Of a stretch of DNA of 64,000 bases, positions 40,060 to 50,556 are shown one piece after another. The notes beneath the pieces were generated by a model. It was not told where the DNA came from. It did no database searches and saw nothing but the letters and a program-made list of their open reading frames with translations. The number at the start of each line of letters is the position of its first letter. The first letter of the stretch is position 1. The translations under genes were made by a program, and so were the position numbers. Source of the stretch: Candidatus Latescibacterota bacterium. Its GTDB lineage: Bacteria > Latescibacterota > UBA2968. The stretch lies in assembly GCA_965204375.1 (NCBI GenBank), contig OZ241986.1:1344001-1408000 (forward strand), read 5' to 3'.

Positions 40060-41506
40060 TCGGCCGAATATTCTGTTTATTAACACGGATCAGCATACAT
40101 GGGATGTGGTGTCGGCATACGGCTACCCTTATGTGAAGACGCCCAATATCGATCGGGTCGTGCGCAACGGTATTTCCTTTATGAGATCGTACTCTACTGA
40201 TCCCGTCTGCGGACCGACAAGAGCCAGTTGGATGACCGGGCGGTACACTTCAGAATTGGGAACGCCGTTTAACGGAGGCCATCTGCACGAAGATATCCCG
40301 GATCTGGGTCAGATTCTCAACAGCAATGGTTACCAGGCATTTCATTCGGGCAAATGGCATGTCGATGGACGCGATGTCCGAAATTCGTTTCAACTTCTTT
40401 ATATTGGTAATCGCCCGATTGGCGCTGGCGGTGGCGAGTACTACGACGGGGCAATTACGCATGCCGCGATCGATTTCTTGAGTCGATACGATGATTCAGA
40501 CCCCTTCTTCCTGCAGGTGCCTTATGTAAATCCGCATGACATTTGTCAATGCGAACACGATCATGAAGAGAAGACCATCCCGGATCCTATTGAGCAGGGA
40601 ATATTAAGCGAAGAGGACCTGCCGCCATTGCCAGCGAATTTCCATTACGATGAACGCGAGACAGTGGTCCACAAGGTAGCGCGCAGGATGGATGAGTGCC
40701 TGATCCACTGGCCGATTCTGCGAAAAGTGCGCCATTGGTCCGAGATCCAGTGGCGATACCTGATGTGGCAACACCATCGTCTGGTCGAAAAAGTAGATAG
40801 CGAGATTGGGTTGCTTCTCGAGGCTCTGGACAAAAGTCGGTTTCGCGATAACACGTTGATCATGTTCACCATGGATCACGGGGAGGCGTATGGACAGCAC
40901 CAGATGTTTCAGAAGTTCTCGCTCTACGAAGCGAGTGTGCGCGTGCCGTTTATTGTCGCTTCTCTGGGTGATAGTCTCGACGTGCCCAAAGATCGTCTGG
41001 ACGAGACCCATTTTGTTTCGGGTGTGGATCTATTTCCCACTGTGTGTGATTACGCGGGCATTGATATAGTAGATGGTGTGCAGGGCCTGAGCCTGAAGCC
41101 GCTGGTAGAAGGTCAGAACCCTGCGTGGCGGGAGTTTGCGTATATCGAGAGCAACGGTTGGGCGCGATCGCTTGTGTTTGATCGCTATAAGTATGTCGGC
41201 GAGTATATCCCCTTTGGGACGGAGCAAGACCTGGAGCCGATTGGACCGGACCCGGACCGAATTGGACTGGAACAGATATTTGATCTGGTCGAAGATCCCG
41301 ATGAGACGCACAACCTGGCATATGAGCCGGAAATGCGGGACATGCTCAAAAGATTCAGACAATTGATGATGGATTTCGAAGGGCGGCTGAACCGGCGAAG
41401 GATGACGGCCCAACGGCCTGCTGTGCAATTGCTCAATTGGGGAAAGCAAATTCGGGGGTATTGGGATGCACATCCCGAGTTGGAGGAGATGCGGATAAGG
41501 CTGTGA
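40052..41506 (+). CDS. Cys-type sulfatase
   Basis: NILFINTDQH, CGPTRASWMTG, GKWH, MDHG. Confidence 0.92.
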   Translation: MPDRPNILFINTDQHTWDVVSAYGYPYVKTPNIDRVVRNGISFMRSYSTDPVCGPTRASWMTGRYTSELGTPFNGGHLHEDIPDLGQILNSNGYQAFHSGKWHVDGRDVRNSFQLLYIGNRPIGAGGGEYYDGAITHAAIDFLSRYDDSDPFFLQVPYVNPHDICQCEHDHEEKTIPDPIEQGILSEEDLPPLPANFHYDERETVVHKVARRMDECLIHWPILRKVRHWSEIQWRYLMWQHHRLVEKVDSEIGLLLEALDKSRFRDNTLIMFTMDHGEAYGQHQMFQKFSLYEASVRVPFIVASLGDSLDVPKDRLDETHFVSGVDLFPTVCDYAGIDIVDGVQGLSLKPLVEGQNPAWREFAYIESNGWARSLVFDRYKYVGEYIPFGTEQDLEPIGPDPDRIGLEQIFDLVEDPDETHNLAYEPEMRDMLKRFRQLMMDFEGRLNRRRMTAQRPAVQLLNWGKQIRGYWDAHPELEEMRIRL

Positions 41507-41609
41507 TCCGCAGATGGACGCAGATGTGTAGGGGCGATTCCTCTTTAGCTTTGGGGACAAGATACAGAGGCAAACAATTTTGGAAAGCTGCAAAACTACG
41601 GAGGATGTT

Positions 41610-42473
41610 ATGTCTGTATCTGAAATAATCGAATCTTATGTTGAGCAAATGAAAGCAGAGGGCTGGTGTTTGATCGAAGGGGTAATTCCTGAGGATCAGG
41701 TCGATTCTCTTTGTGATCATGTGCAGGAGGGGCATAAAAATGGGCTGAAGTATTATGAAGAGATCGGTGGTTCACTTGTGTTTCAATCTGACGCAGAGGG
41801 CAAACCTCATAGAAATGCAGTGTCGTTTATTCCCGGTCTTGCAGCTTATTTTGGCGATGAACGCGTGGTGGGCATTGCAAAGGCACTGTTGGATCCGCAT
41901 CACATACGTATTGCACAGACAGAGTTTAAGACACGGCAACCCGGTGAGCGAAAGATGGGGCACCGGGGGTGGCATTCAGATTTTCCACACGATTTGACAG
42001 ACCGAGAACGGGCAGGTGTTTTTATAATGCCGTTTCCCAATGTGGTGGCAGGGATTACGGCATTATGGATGTTGTCGGATTTTTCACCAGAGAATGGTGG
42101 CACCTGGGTGGTGCCTCGCAGTCATCGGGATTTGCGGAATCCGCGGAGTCATCTGGACCCGCGCAATCCGCCAGAAATGCACGATGATATTCCGATCAAT
42201 CAATCGATCCCGGGCGAGATTCAGCTGGAAGGAAAAGCAGGGAGTGTGGTGATGATCGACAGTCGAATCTGGCATACGGCGGGAAATAATCCGAGCGATG
42301 AACCGCGAGTGACGATGCTGACGCGGTATTCGCCATGGTGGATGAATCTGGAATTTGGGGGGCGTAATCAGGCGATGGTGCCAAGGGAGATTTATGAAAG
42401 GTTTCCTGAGGAAGTAAAGTTGCTGTATAAGCATCGGGTTGAGGGGGAGGCGAATCCTATTCAGCGATATTAA
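41610..42473 (+). CDS. PhyH family dioxygenase
   Basis: GGAGG RBS; WHSD, ENGGTWVVPRSH, DSRIWH. Confidence 0.88.
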   Translation: MSVSEIIESYVEQMKAEGWCLIEGVIPEDQVDSLCDHVQEGHKNGLKYYEEIGGSLVFQSDAEGKPHRNAVSFIPGLAAYFGDERVVGIAKALLDPHHIRIAQTEFKTRQPGERKMGHRGWHSDFPHDLTDRERAGVFIMPFPNVVAGITALWMLSDFSPENGGTWVVPRSHRDLRNPRSHLDPRNPPEMHDDIPINQSIPGEIQLEGKAGSVVMIDSRIWHTAGNNPSDEPRVTMLTRYSPWWMNLEFGGRNQAMVPREIYERFPEEVKLLYKHRVEGEANPIQRY

Positions 42474-42501
42474 TCCCCGGTTCTCAAGAAAGGTTTAGCA
42501 G

Positions 42502-43794
42502 ATGAGTAAGTCGATAGATGATGGTCTTAAAGAATGTCCGAATATTCTGATTATTTTCACCGATGATCAGGGATATGCAGATCTTGGGTGTTTTGGAAAC
42601 AAAAAGAACAAGACACCGCGACTGGATCAACTGGCGAAGGAGGGGACCCGCTTCACCAGTTTTTACGCCCAGCCAGTGTGCGGTCCGTCTCGTTCGGCAT
42701 TGCTTACTGGTCGCTATCCGGTCCGCAGTAAGGGCTGGGGTATGCCTGCCAGTGAGATTACTTTTGCCGAGTTGATGAAACCCGCAGGATACCAGACGGT
42801 TTGTATTGGTAAGTGGGACGTCTCGAATAGGAAGGAAATTATCGAGCGCATGCCGAACGCTCAGGGGTTTGATTATTATTACGGTACTCTTGGCGCAAAC
42901 GACAATGGATTTATAAAGTTTCACGAGAATAACACGGCGGTTGGTGAAACGGAAGATATGAGCTGTACGATTCGCCTGTACACCAATAAAGCGATTGATT
43001 TTCTGGAGAATCGCCGAGATCCGAACAAGCCGTTTGTGCTCTATCTGGCGCATACGATGTTGCACACGATCATCGATGTCTCTCCTGAGTTTAAAGGAAA
43101 ATCGGCTGGTGGGCTATATGGGGATGTGGTTGAAGAGTTAGACCATGAGACCGGGCGTTTGCTCGACAAACTGGACGCGCTGGGATTGCGCGACAACACA
43201 CTGGTGATCTATACGACCGATAATGGGCCGTGGTGCCAGTCCAAATACTATGAAAACAAGAAAGGTCATCCAGAGGGTTCCATCTTCTGGGGCGATCCCG
43301 GGCCGTTGCGTGCCGGTAAGGGATCAGCTTATGAAGCCGGATCTCGTGTGCCGTGTATTGTCCGTTGGCCGGGTAAAGTCCCGGCTGGGCGCACCTCGGA
43401 TGCGCTCTGGGCCACGATTGATTTCCTGCCGACTTTTACTGCACTATCAGGTGTCAAACCGCCGATGGATCGCGCGATTGACGGCATTGATCAGACCGCA
43501 TTGCTTTTGGGGCAGACCGAAGAAGGCCGAGAAACCTTTATCTATGATCAGGTGGGAGATGGCGATGCCAATATGGGCGTCGGTATTAGAAAGGGAAACT
43601 GGAAGCTGTTGCTTCCTGGGCGCAAACCAGAACAAGACCATCGATTTCTGATGGATTTTGGAACCAATGGTCTGGAGTTATACGATCTGGATAGCGACAT
43701 TAGCGAAAAGAACAACGTCGTGGACGATCATCCTGAAGTTGTGAAAGAACTCCGTGAAATCTTAGACAGTTTTAAAAGAGGTGTAAAGGAATGA
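42502..43794 (+). CDS. Arylsulfatase A-like sulfatase
   Basis: FTDDQGY, CGPSRSALLTG, TTDNGP, GKGSAYEAG. Confidence 0.92.
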   Translation: MSKSIDDGLKECPNILIIFTDDQGYADLGCFGNKKNKTPRLDQLAKEGTRFTSFYAQPVCGPSRSALLTGRYPVRSKGWGMPASEITFAELMKPAGYQTVCIGKWDVSNRKEIIERMPNAQGFDYYYGTLGANDNGFIKFHENNTAVGETEDMSCTIRLYTNKAIDFLENRRDPNKPFVLYLAHTMLHTIIDVSPEFKGKSAGGLYGDVVEELDHETGRLLDKLDALGLRDNTLVIYTTDNGPWCQSKYYENKKGHPEGSIFWGDPGPLRAGKGSAYEAGSRVPCIVRWPGKVPAGRTSDALWATIDFLPTFTALSGVKPPMDRAIDGIDQTALLLGQTEEGRETFIYDQVGDGDANMGVGIRKGNWKLLLPGRKPEQDHRFLMDFGTNGLELYDLDSDISEKNNVVDDHPEVVKELREILDSFKRGVKE

Positions 43795-43841
43795 TGGAAA
43801 GGTCGTTCGTAGATGGTACAACCGCCAGGAAGGAGTAGAGA

Positions 43842-44636
43842 ATGGGTGCGTTTTATATCCCCGAAGATGCAGAGGCGCAGTTTGAAGAACGCGGTTATTT
43901 TGTGGTTCGTAATCTGATTTCAGCCCAAGCCGTTGAGGCGGTGCGAAGTGAACTTGAACGGGTCATCGCAGAAAAGCCGGAAGGATTCAGATTGACCACT
44001 GATCGGGCAGATGACACAGGTGTTGACGGTGATGCGGCGGTATGGGCTGTGGGCGATCGGGACCTTCATAGCCGGGTGCTTTGGGAGGAGTGGCTGACAG
44101 CAGAGAATGTGATTGCAATGAACCAACGCTTTCTGGGTGAGAATGTTCGCGTTCAAGGCACGCGTTTTTTTACGAAACAGGCTCGAATCGGCGAATCGGT
44201 TCCCTGGCATCAGGACATTTGGTTGTGGGAGCGCGATGCCTCGCATGGCATCAGGCCACACAAGCGCGAACATTTTAATTGTTGGGTGGCTCTGGAGGCT
44301 GTCGATCTGGAGAATGGGTGTTTGCATGTGATGCCGGGCACCCACAAAGGTGGCGTGATCGAACATGTGCAGTATGATGGGTTGCATCCAGAGATTCCGC
44401 GTGAGTTGGTCGTGGAGAGAACGCCTGAACCTGTGCCATTGGGACCGGGCGATGCCGTGATCTGGCATGCGCACATGTGGCATATGAGTCCCCCGAATCC
44501 GAGTGACCGCACGCGATGGGGCGGTGTTATGATCACGTTTCGCGATGAGATGGCGGAAAAGGCGAATCAGGCCGATCGGGGTGTCCTGATCCGTGATGGG
44601 ATGGCGTGTCCGTATCCGGGACCGATTCGCAAATAA
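43842..44636 (+). CDS. PhyH family dioxygenase
   Basis: AAGGAG RBS; PWHQD, ENGCLHVMPGTH, HMSPPN. Confidence 0.9.
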   Translation: MGAFYIPEDAEAQFEERGYFVVRNLISAQAVEAVRSELERVIAEKPEGFRLTTDRADDTGVDGDAAVWAVGDRDLHSRVLWEEWLTAENVIAMNQRFLGENVRVQGTRFFTKQARIGESVPWHQDIWLWERDASHGIRPHKREHFNCWVALEAVDLENGCLHVMPGTHKGGVIEHVQYDGLHPEIPRELVVERTPEPVPLGPGDAVIWHAHMWHMSPPNPSDRTRWGGVMITFRDEMAEKANQADRGVLIRDGMACPYPGPIRK

Positions 44637-44650
44637 AGTTGGAGTGAACC

Positions 44651-46045
44651 ATGTCAAAAAAGAATCCGAACATCATCCTCATAAATTGCGACGACCTGGG
44701 CTACGCCGATATCGGCTGTTATGGATCAACGCTCAACAAAACACCAGCACTCGACCGGTTGGCCGAACAAGGCATGCGGTTCACCGATTTCTACGCTGCC
44801 GCGCCAGTATGCACACCCTCAAGAGCCGCTATGCTGGCAGGGTCATATCCGCGAAGGCTTAACATGCATGCTTTCGACATTCGAAAAATCGATGGCTCAG
44901 GAGAGATTCTCGAACATCGGGGGGTGTTGTTTCCTGGACAGGCCGAGGGGTTGAACCCCCAGGAGAAGACGATTGCGTCGGTGTTGAAGGAAGGTGGGTA
45001 CACAACAAAGATGATCGGAAAATGGCATGTGGGAGACCAGCCTGAGTTTTTACCCGCTCATTATGGTTTCGATTCCTGGTTTGGGATCCCGTATAGCAAC
45101 GACATGGGGCTTCAAACTCGGGGGCCTGAAAGAGTCTGGGCGCAACATATCAAAGCTCCCCTGCCTCTCGTGCGGGATAGCGTGGTGGTACAGGAACAGC
45201 CCGATCAGACCTCTGTTACGGAAAGATACACCGAGGAAGCTGTGACGTTTATCCGAGAAAACGCTGATCGGCCGTTTTTTCTCTATTTCGCGCATACCTA
45301 CGTACACAATCCATTGTTCGTACCGGAAGTCTTCGAAAGACAGTCAGAGAATGGTGTCCTCGGTGCAGCAGTCGCGCATATCGACTGGAGTTTGGCGATG
45401 CTCGAATACGAGCTCGAACGGTGCGGATTGACGGACGATACCCTCATTATTTTTACGTCCGATAATGGTGGCGCGAGGAAGAGTGTGAATACACCCTTGC
45501 AGGGATTCAAGGGATCAACCTGGGAAGGAGGGCAGCGGGTGAACTGCATTATGAAATGGCCTGCACGCATTCCTGCAGGCACCATCTGTAACGAGATCAG
45601 CACTATGATGGATTTCCTGCCGACATTCGCTGACATCACTGGAGCCGATATTGAAGATGGCGTCATTCGAGATGGTCATACGATGCTGGGGCTCATGACG
45701 CAGGAAGTTGGTGCATCATCTGGATACAAAGAATTTCTGTACTTCAAGGAGGGCAATCTTGATGCGATACGGAGTGGCGACTATAAGCTGCATCTCCATC
45801 TCAAAGAGCTGTACAATCTGGATACCGACATTGGGGAGACAGACAATAAGTACGACGAACTTCCCAACGTGGTTCAAAAGCTCGAAGATGCGGCGGAATC
45901 AGCCCGCGAAGATTTGGGCGACGACATCGCGGGCGTTAGCGGTGCAAACCAACGTCCCTGTGGATGGGTTGAAAATCCCAAGCCACTTACGACCTACGAT
46001 CCCAACCATCCGTATATCGTCGCGTTGTACGATATACCGGGATAA
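44651..46045 (+). CDS. Arylsulfatase A-like sulfatase
   Basis: CDDLGY, CTPSRAAML, GKWH, TSDNG, GFKGSTWEGG. Confidence 0.93.
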   Translation: MSKKNPNIILINCDDLGYADIGCYGSTLNKTPALDRLAEQGMRFTDFYAAAPVCTPSRAAMLAGSYPRRLNMHAFDIRKIDGSGEILEHRGVLFPGQAEGLNPQEKTIASVLKEGGYTTKMIGKWHVGDQPEFLPAHYGFDSWFGIPYSNDMGLQTRGPERVWAQHIKAPLPLVRDSVVVQEQPDQTSVTERYTEEAVTFIRENADRPFFLYFAHTYVHNPLFVPEVFERQSENGVLGAAVAHIDWSLAMLEYELERCGLTDDTLIIFTSDNGGARKSVNTPLQGFKGSTWEGGQRVNCIMKWPARIPAGTICNEISTMMDFLPTFADITGADIEDGVIRDGHTMLGLMTQEVGASSGYKEFLYFKEGNLDAIRSGDYKLHLHLKELYNLDTDIGETDNKYDELPNVVQKLEDAAESAREDLGDDIAGVSGANQRPCGWVENPKPLTTYDPNHPYIVALYDIPG

Positions 46046-46101
46046 AGAGAGAATTAGGAAATCTATAGCTTTTTTTAACCCTTAAACCAGCTGAGTTGAT
46101 T

Positions 46102-47289
46102 ATGTCAAAACACTTAAATTTAGATGAGCGGCTGCGCGTCCCCTACTCCATCGGCACGGGCATTCCCAAAGGTGGTGATGCAGAGATTGAGGGGTATGTG
46201 CAATCGCTGAGAACCCAGGGTTTCTGCGTCATTGATCGGGTGATTCCCAAAGATCAGGTTGACGCGGTGCGCGAGAGTGTGCACCGGGGGCGCGAACTGT
46301 TGCAACAGGACCGCGAGGCAGAGCGCCGCAAGCGCATAGAGCTAGTGCGTCAGAGAGAACCCGATGCCGAGATTGACGACAGCCCTGAGCGCTTCGAAAG
46401 ATGGCGCGAGGACCCGGTGCGGCCACCGATGGCACCGCACGCCGAGCTGTGCGATATCGCGCGGTGCGAGACATTCGCCGAGTACCTTGCGGAGCCTCGC
46501 GTACTGCGGGTTGCCAGAGCCATGCTCGATACGCACATCCGTATTTTGCAGACGGAGGTCAACAAGTCGTCGCGACCGGCGAAGAAACCGCTATCCGAGC
46601 AGCAGCTTAAGCACCGCGGTTGGCATTCTGACTGGCCCCACGATCTGAGCGCGTATGGGCCAAACAGCGAACATCCATGGAAGCACTGCGGCGCAGTCGC
46701 CCAGCCCTTCCCCGACGTCTGCATGGCACTATCCACGGTCTGGTACCTCGGTCCGGAAGACGTGACCCCGTTCAACGGCGGCACGTGGATCGTGCCGGGG
46801 TCGCACAAAGACCCGCGTAACCCGCGAGGTCCCGACGACGGCATCGACGCGCGCGCGCCAATTCCAGGAGAATTTCAGGTCTCTGCCCCGGCAGGCTCGG
46901 TTTTTATGCAGGACACAAGGAGTTGGCACTCGACCGGGCTTAACCAGAGCGAACACGAGCGCACGGCGGTAGTGTGCCGATATGGGCCATGGTGGCTGTC
47001 TGGGAATGAATTTAGCAACTTGCACTCGGGCGGCCACACACTGAGGACCTACGTGCCGCGAGAGGTTTTCGCCAGGTTCTCCCCGGAACTGAAGCTGCTG
47101 TATCGGCACATCGCCGAGGGCGAGGAGGATGTGCTACAGCCCGAGAACCAGCACAAGGCGTTGCGCGCCAGGTTTGTCGATCAACCGGAACTGCGCCATC
47201 CGGACCGCATCGGCGACAACAGCCACATCGTCGCCGGGGACATGAGCGTTGAGGAATGGGAACGCAGCCGCGTCCAAAACGAGCATTGA
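46102..47289 (+). CDS. PhyH family dioxygenase (extended)
   Basis: WHSDWPHDL, NGGTWIVPGSH, DTRSWH; same subfamily as 41610-42473. Confidence 0.85.
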   Translation: MSKHLNLDERLRVPYSIGTGIPKGGDAEIEGYVQSLRTQGFCVIDRVIPKDQVDAVRESVHRGRELLQQDREAERRKRIELVRQREPDAEIDDSPERFERWREDPVRPPMAPHAELCDIARCETFAEYLAEPRVLRVARAMLDTHIRILQTEVNKSSRPAKKPLSEQQLKHRGWHSDWPHDLSAYGPNSEHPWKHCGAVAQPFPDVCMALSTVWYLGPEDVTPFNGGTWIVPGSHKDPRNPRGPDDGIDARAPIPGEFQVSAPAGSVFMQDTRSWHSTGLNQSEHERTAVVCRYGPWWLSGNEFSNLHSGGHTLRTYVPREVFARFSPELKLLYRHIAEGEEDVLQPENQHKALRARFVDQPELRHPDRIGDNSHIVAGDMSVEEWERSRVQNEH

Positions 47290-47298
47290 GCTTTCTAA

Positions 47299-49009
47299 CC
47301 TGAAAAATTCATAAAAAAGGTAGTTTCCTTATTCAAGTTATTGTATTATTATAGGTTATGGCAATAACCATTGAACAATAAACTTGGAGGAAACTACCGT
47401 GGGTTCCCAAGATAATCATCACAAGGTTCCTTTGGCAAGCATTTTCGGCAAACGTGTCAATATCGCCTTTGATGGGGGCATCCTCACCAGTGATAGCGGC
47501 GCCTTATTGCTTCGAGAGGTGGAGGCCAGATCAGGTCTATTAGCACGCATCGGTGATGCCATCACGGATCGCCGGCATAAAAGTTATGTGGCTCATCGTG
47601 TGGCAGAGTTGATTAAACAGCGCGTGTTCCAGATTGCCTGCGGGTATGAAGATGCCAATGATTGCAATGCCTTACGCAGTGATCCCGGCATCAAGGCTGC
47701 CTGTGGTGTCTTGCCCCTTTCAGGTGCCGACTTAGCCAGTCAACCGACGATGAGTCGTTTTGAGAACCAGATCAGGCGAAGCGAGTTGTATCGCATTGCC
47801 TGTGCCTTCCTCGATTGTTTTATCGCCTCTTATGCCCAGCCCCCTGCTGCGATTATCTTAGATATCGATGATACACAGGATACAGTTTATGGGACACAGC
47901 AGTTGTCCCTATTCAATGGGTATTTGGGTGCCTATTGCTATCAGCCCTTGCACATTTATGAAGGACAAACCGGCAAGTTGATCACCACAGTTTTGCGTCC
48001 CGGTGTGCGACCAACAGGCCAACAGATTGTCGCCATACTCAAGCGTTTGGTGGCCTATCTGCGTCAGGCTTGGCCTGATGTGGCGATCATCTTGCGGGGT
48101 GATGCCCACTTTTCTTGTCCACAAGTCCATCAGTTGTGTGCCGATAGTGACCTGTATTTTATCCTTGGACAGACCAGCAATGCGAAGTTGAGACAGTTGG
48201 CAAAGCCCCTGATTGAGCAGGCGAAAAGGCTTTATGCACATACAAAGAAGCCTGTGCGTCTTTTTACCTCGTTTTGCTATCAAGCAAAGAGTTGGAACAA
48301 GGCACAACGCATCGTATGCAAGGTAGAAATCAGTGACCGAGGCCAAAACACCCGCTTTGTCGTGACCAACCTTGAAAGTTCACAAGCCTCCTTTATCTAC
48401 CAAAGCGTGTATTGTGCGCGCGGACAGATGGAAAACTTCATTAAAAATCACAAAACCTTTCTCCACTCTGACCGCACATCCTGTCACAGCTTTACTGCCA
48501 ATCAGTTCCGTCTCTTCCTCCATTCGGCTGCCTATGTCCTGATACAGACATTGGCGCAAATCGGATTGAAAGGCACAACGTGGACAAACGCGCAGGTCAA
48601 TACCATACAAAATCGCTTTCTCAAAGTCGCCGGACGCATCTGTGAATTGAAAACGAAGATTACGTTCCATTTGCCTGCGTCCTTTCCAGTGCAACATCTG
48701 TATCATAAAATCCTACACAATCTGGCAAAGGCTTTCCCCTAACGCAAAATACGGGGGAGGGGAGGCAGACACCATCACTTGCTGACTGGACACGACACAT
48801 ACACCGCCTTGTGCAAAGACGCGGCAGGCAAGGGGCGTGTCTGTCCTTTTTGCCAACCACAGGCACGCACACCCGATGAAATGGACCAAACAGACCCCTG
48901 TAAAGACCCAATCGAGTCCGACAAGAACAGAAAAACAATGAACGAGAGCTTGGAACACCGAAATGATTACATAATTATCCTATTCTTCAACTTTCATGAA
49001 TTAGTCGGG
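47299..49009 (+). mobile_element. IS1380-family insertion sequence, 1711 bp, with 4-bp target duplication CTAA
   Basis: IRL CCTGAAAAATTCATAAAA vs IRR (reverse complement) CCCGACTAATTCATGAAA, 14/18 match; CTAA at 47295-47298 and 49010-49013. Confidence 0.9.
47384..48742 (+). CDS. IS1380 family DDE transposase
   Basis: FDGGILTSDSGALL, GYEDAND, LASQPTMSR, LDIDDT, RGDAHF, YCARGQMENFIK; start may be GTG 47399. Confidence 0.95.
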   Translation: MEETTVGSQDNHHKVPLASIFGKRVNIAFDGGILTSDSGALLLREVEARSGLLARIGDAITDRRHKSYVAHRVAELIKQRVFQIACGYEDANDCNALRSDPGIKAACGVLPLSGADLASQPTMSRFENQIRRSELYRIACAFLDCFIASYAQPPAAIILDIDDTQDTVYGTQQLSLFNGYLGAYCYQPLHIYEGQTGKLITTVLRPGVRPTGQQIVAILKRLVAYLRQAWPDVAIILRGDAHFSCPQVHQLCADSDLYFILGQTSNAKLRQLAKPLIEQAKRLYAHTKKPVRLFTSFCYQAKSWNKAQRIVCKVEISDRGQNTRFVVTNLESSQASFIYQSVYCARGQMENFIKNHKTFLHSDRTSCHSFTANQFRLFLHSAAYVLIQTLAQIGLKGTTWTNAQVNTIQNRFLKVAGRICELKTKITFHLPASFPVQHLYHKILHNLAKAFP

Positions 49010-49026
49010 CTAAATAAGGAGACTGT

Positions 49027-50526
49027 GTGCAAAATTATGATGATTTCTTGATGGAGGTCTATGAATCCAGGGAAAATATGGTTGCCGATCGACACCGCCC
49101 GCGATACCATTTTTTACCTCCAGAAGGTCGGTGGAATGACATAAATGGCGCGATTTACTGGAAGGGTCGATACCATATCGGGTATCTACAAAAAATTGCA
49201 AATGGACCTGGTGAGAGGGATTTTTCCAGTTGGCAGCACATTTCGAGCCGGGACCTTCTTCACTGGACCTACCACAAAGCATCTCTGCGAGAGCCGCTTG
49301 AAGGCAAAAAGGGAGATTATTTTAACAGTGGTGATGCGATGGAAGGCTGCGAGATCCCGACGATTATCACCAATATGCCGCGCAAAGGGATCTGCATTTA
49401 CCAGTGTTATGATGACCGGCTCGACCATTGGGTTCCGCTCAATGAGAATCCCGTGATTCCCATTGATGCAGGCTGGAATCGCGTGACGGATACCCTGAAA
49501 CCCGACGCGCCCTATCCCGAGTGCGTGATCTTTGATCCGAGTGGTTGGAAGGAAGGGGATACGTACTACGCTTTGATCGGAAATAAGAACCACCGACCCG
49601 GATATGAAGGGGATTGTACAAGTCTGTTCAAGTCGAAGGATTTGAGAAATTGGGAGTACGTCGGCCCTTTCTACAAATCGGATCGAAAGTGGACGGAGGA
49701 GGTAGAGGACTGTGCATGCTCGGATTTCTTTCCGTTTGGCGATCGGTATATGCTGGTGATGCATACACACAAGCCATTTCCAAAATGTCAGTATTACATC
49801 GGCCGATATGAAAATGAACAATTCTACCCTGAGGAGAACGGTCAGCTGAGCTATCTTGGTGGCCTTCTTGCCGGCCCAGAAACTCTGATTGACGAGCGAG
49901 GCCGGAGGATTTTCTGGGGATGGATCCGCGAGGGGAGGAGTACGTCAAAGTACGGGTGGGGTAGCATCATGACGCTGCCATGGCATTTTATTCCCGATGC
50001 GAATAACCGTCTGGAGATTCGTCCAGTTGAGGAACTTCAGAGATTGAGGTTCGACGAGCGTTCGGTCGATTCGGTGCGGGTAAAGGCTGGACAGGAACTC
50101 GCTTTAGATGAATTGAGCGGTAACTGTATGGAATTGGAGTTTGCTATTGATCCCGGAAATACAAACACATTTGGGTTCAAGCTGTTTTGCTCTCCCGACT
50201 GTGAAGAGGAAACTGTCATTACCTACGATGGGACGAAGAAGGAATTTGTCATCGATTTTTCGGATGCGAGTCTTGCAGATGACCTTGAATATCCCACGTT
50301 GAAGCAGGTCGTGCCATTCGAACTGCGGAGCGACGGACCGTTACATTTTCATGTGTTTGTTGACCGATCGGTGATGGAGATTTTTGTCAATTCTCAAATT
50401 TGTATGGTTCAGAGAGTGTATCCAACGCGAGAGGATAGCGACCAGTTTCGGGTGTTCGCCTCGGATGGATCCATCTTTGTGCGTGACATCACAAAGTGGG
50501 AGATGGATGCGACGAATCCCTGGTGA
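49027..50526 (+). CDS. Glycoside hydrolase family 32 protein (atypical motifs)
   Basis: RPRYHF, WNDING, FNSG, FDP, GRRIFWGW, C-terminal VDRSVMEIFVN beta-sandwich. Confidence 0.88.
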   Translation: MQNYDDFLMEVYESRENMVADRHRPRYHFLPPEGRWNDINGAIYWKGRYHIGYLQKIANGPGERDFSSWQHISSRDLLHWTYHKASLREPLEGKKGDYFNSGDAMEGCEIPTIITNMPRKGICIYQCYDDRLDHWVPLNENPVIPIDAGWNRVTDTLKPDAPYPECVIFDPSGWKEGDTYYALIGNKNHRPGYEGDCTSLFKSKDLRNWEYVGPFYKSDRKWTEEVEDCACSDFFPFGDRYMLVMHTHKPFPKCQYYIGRYENEQFYPEENGQLSYLGGLLAGPETLIDERGRRIFWGWIREGRSTSKYGWGSIMTLPWHFIPDANNRLEIRPVEELQRLRFDERSVDSVRVKAGQELALDELSGNCMELEFAIDPGNTNTFGFKLFCSPDCEEETVITYDGTKKEFVIDFSDASLADDLEYPTLKQVVPFELRSDGPLHFHVFVDRSVMEIFVNSQICMVQRVYPTREDSDQFRVFASDGSIFVRDITKWEMDATNPW

Positions 50527-50556
50527 TAAAGAAGTGAAGTTCAAGGGAGTGGTGCA

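Noticed and set aside
48950-48975. Outward promoter near IS1380 IRR (TTGGAA...CATAAT)
   Set aside because: Spacer is only 14 nt; not convincing.
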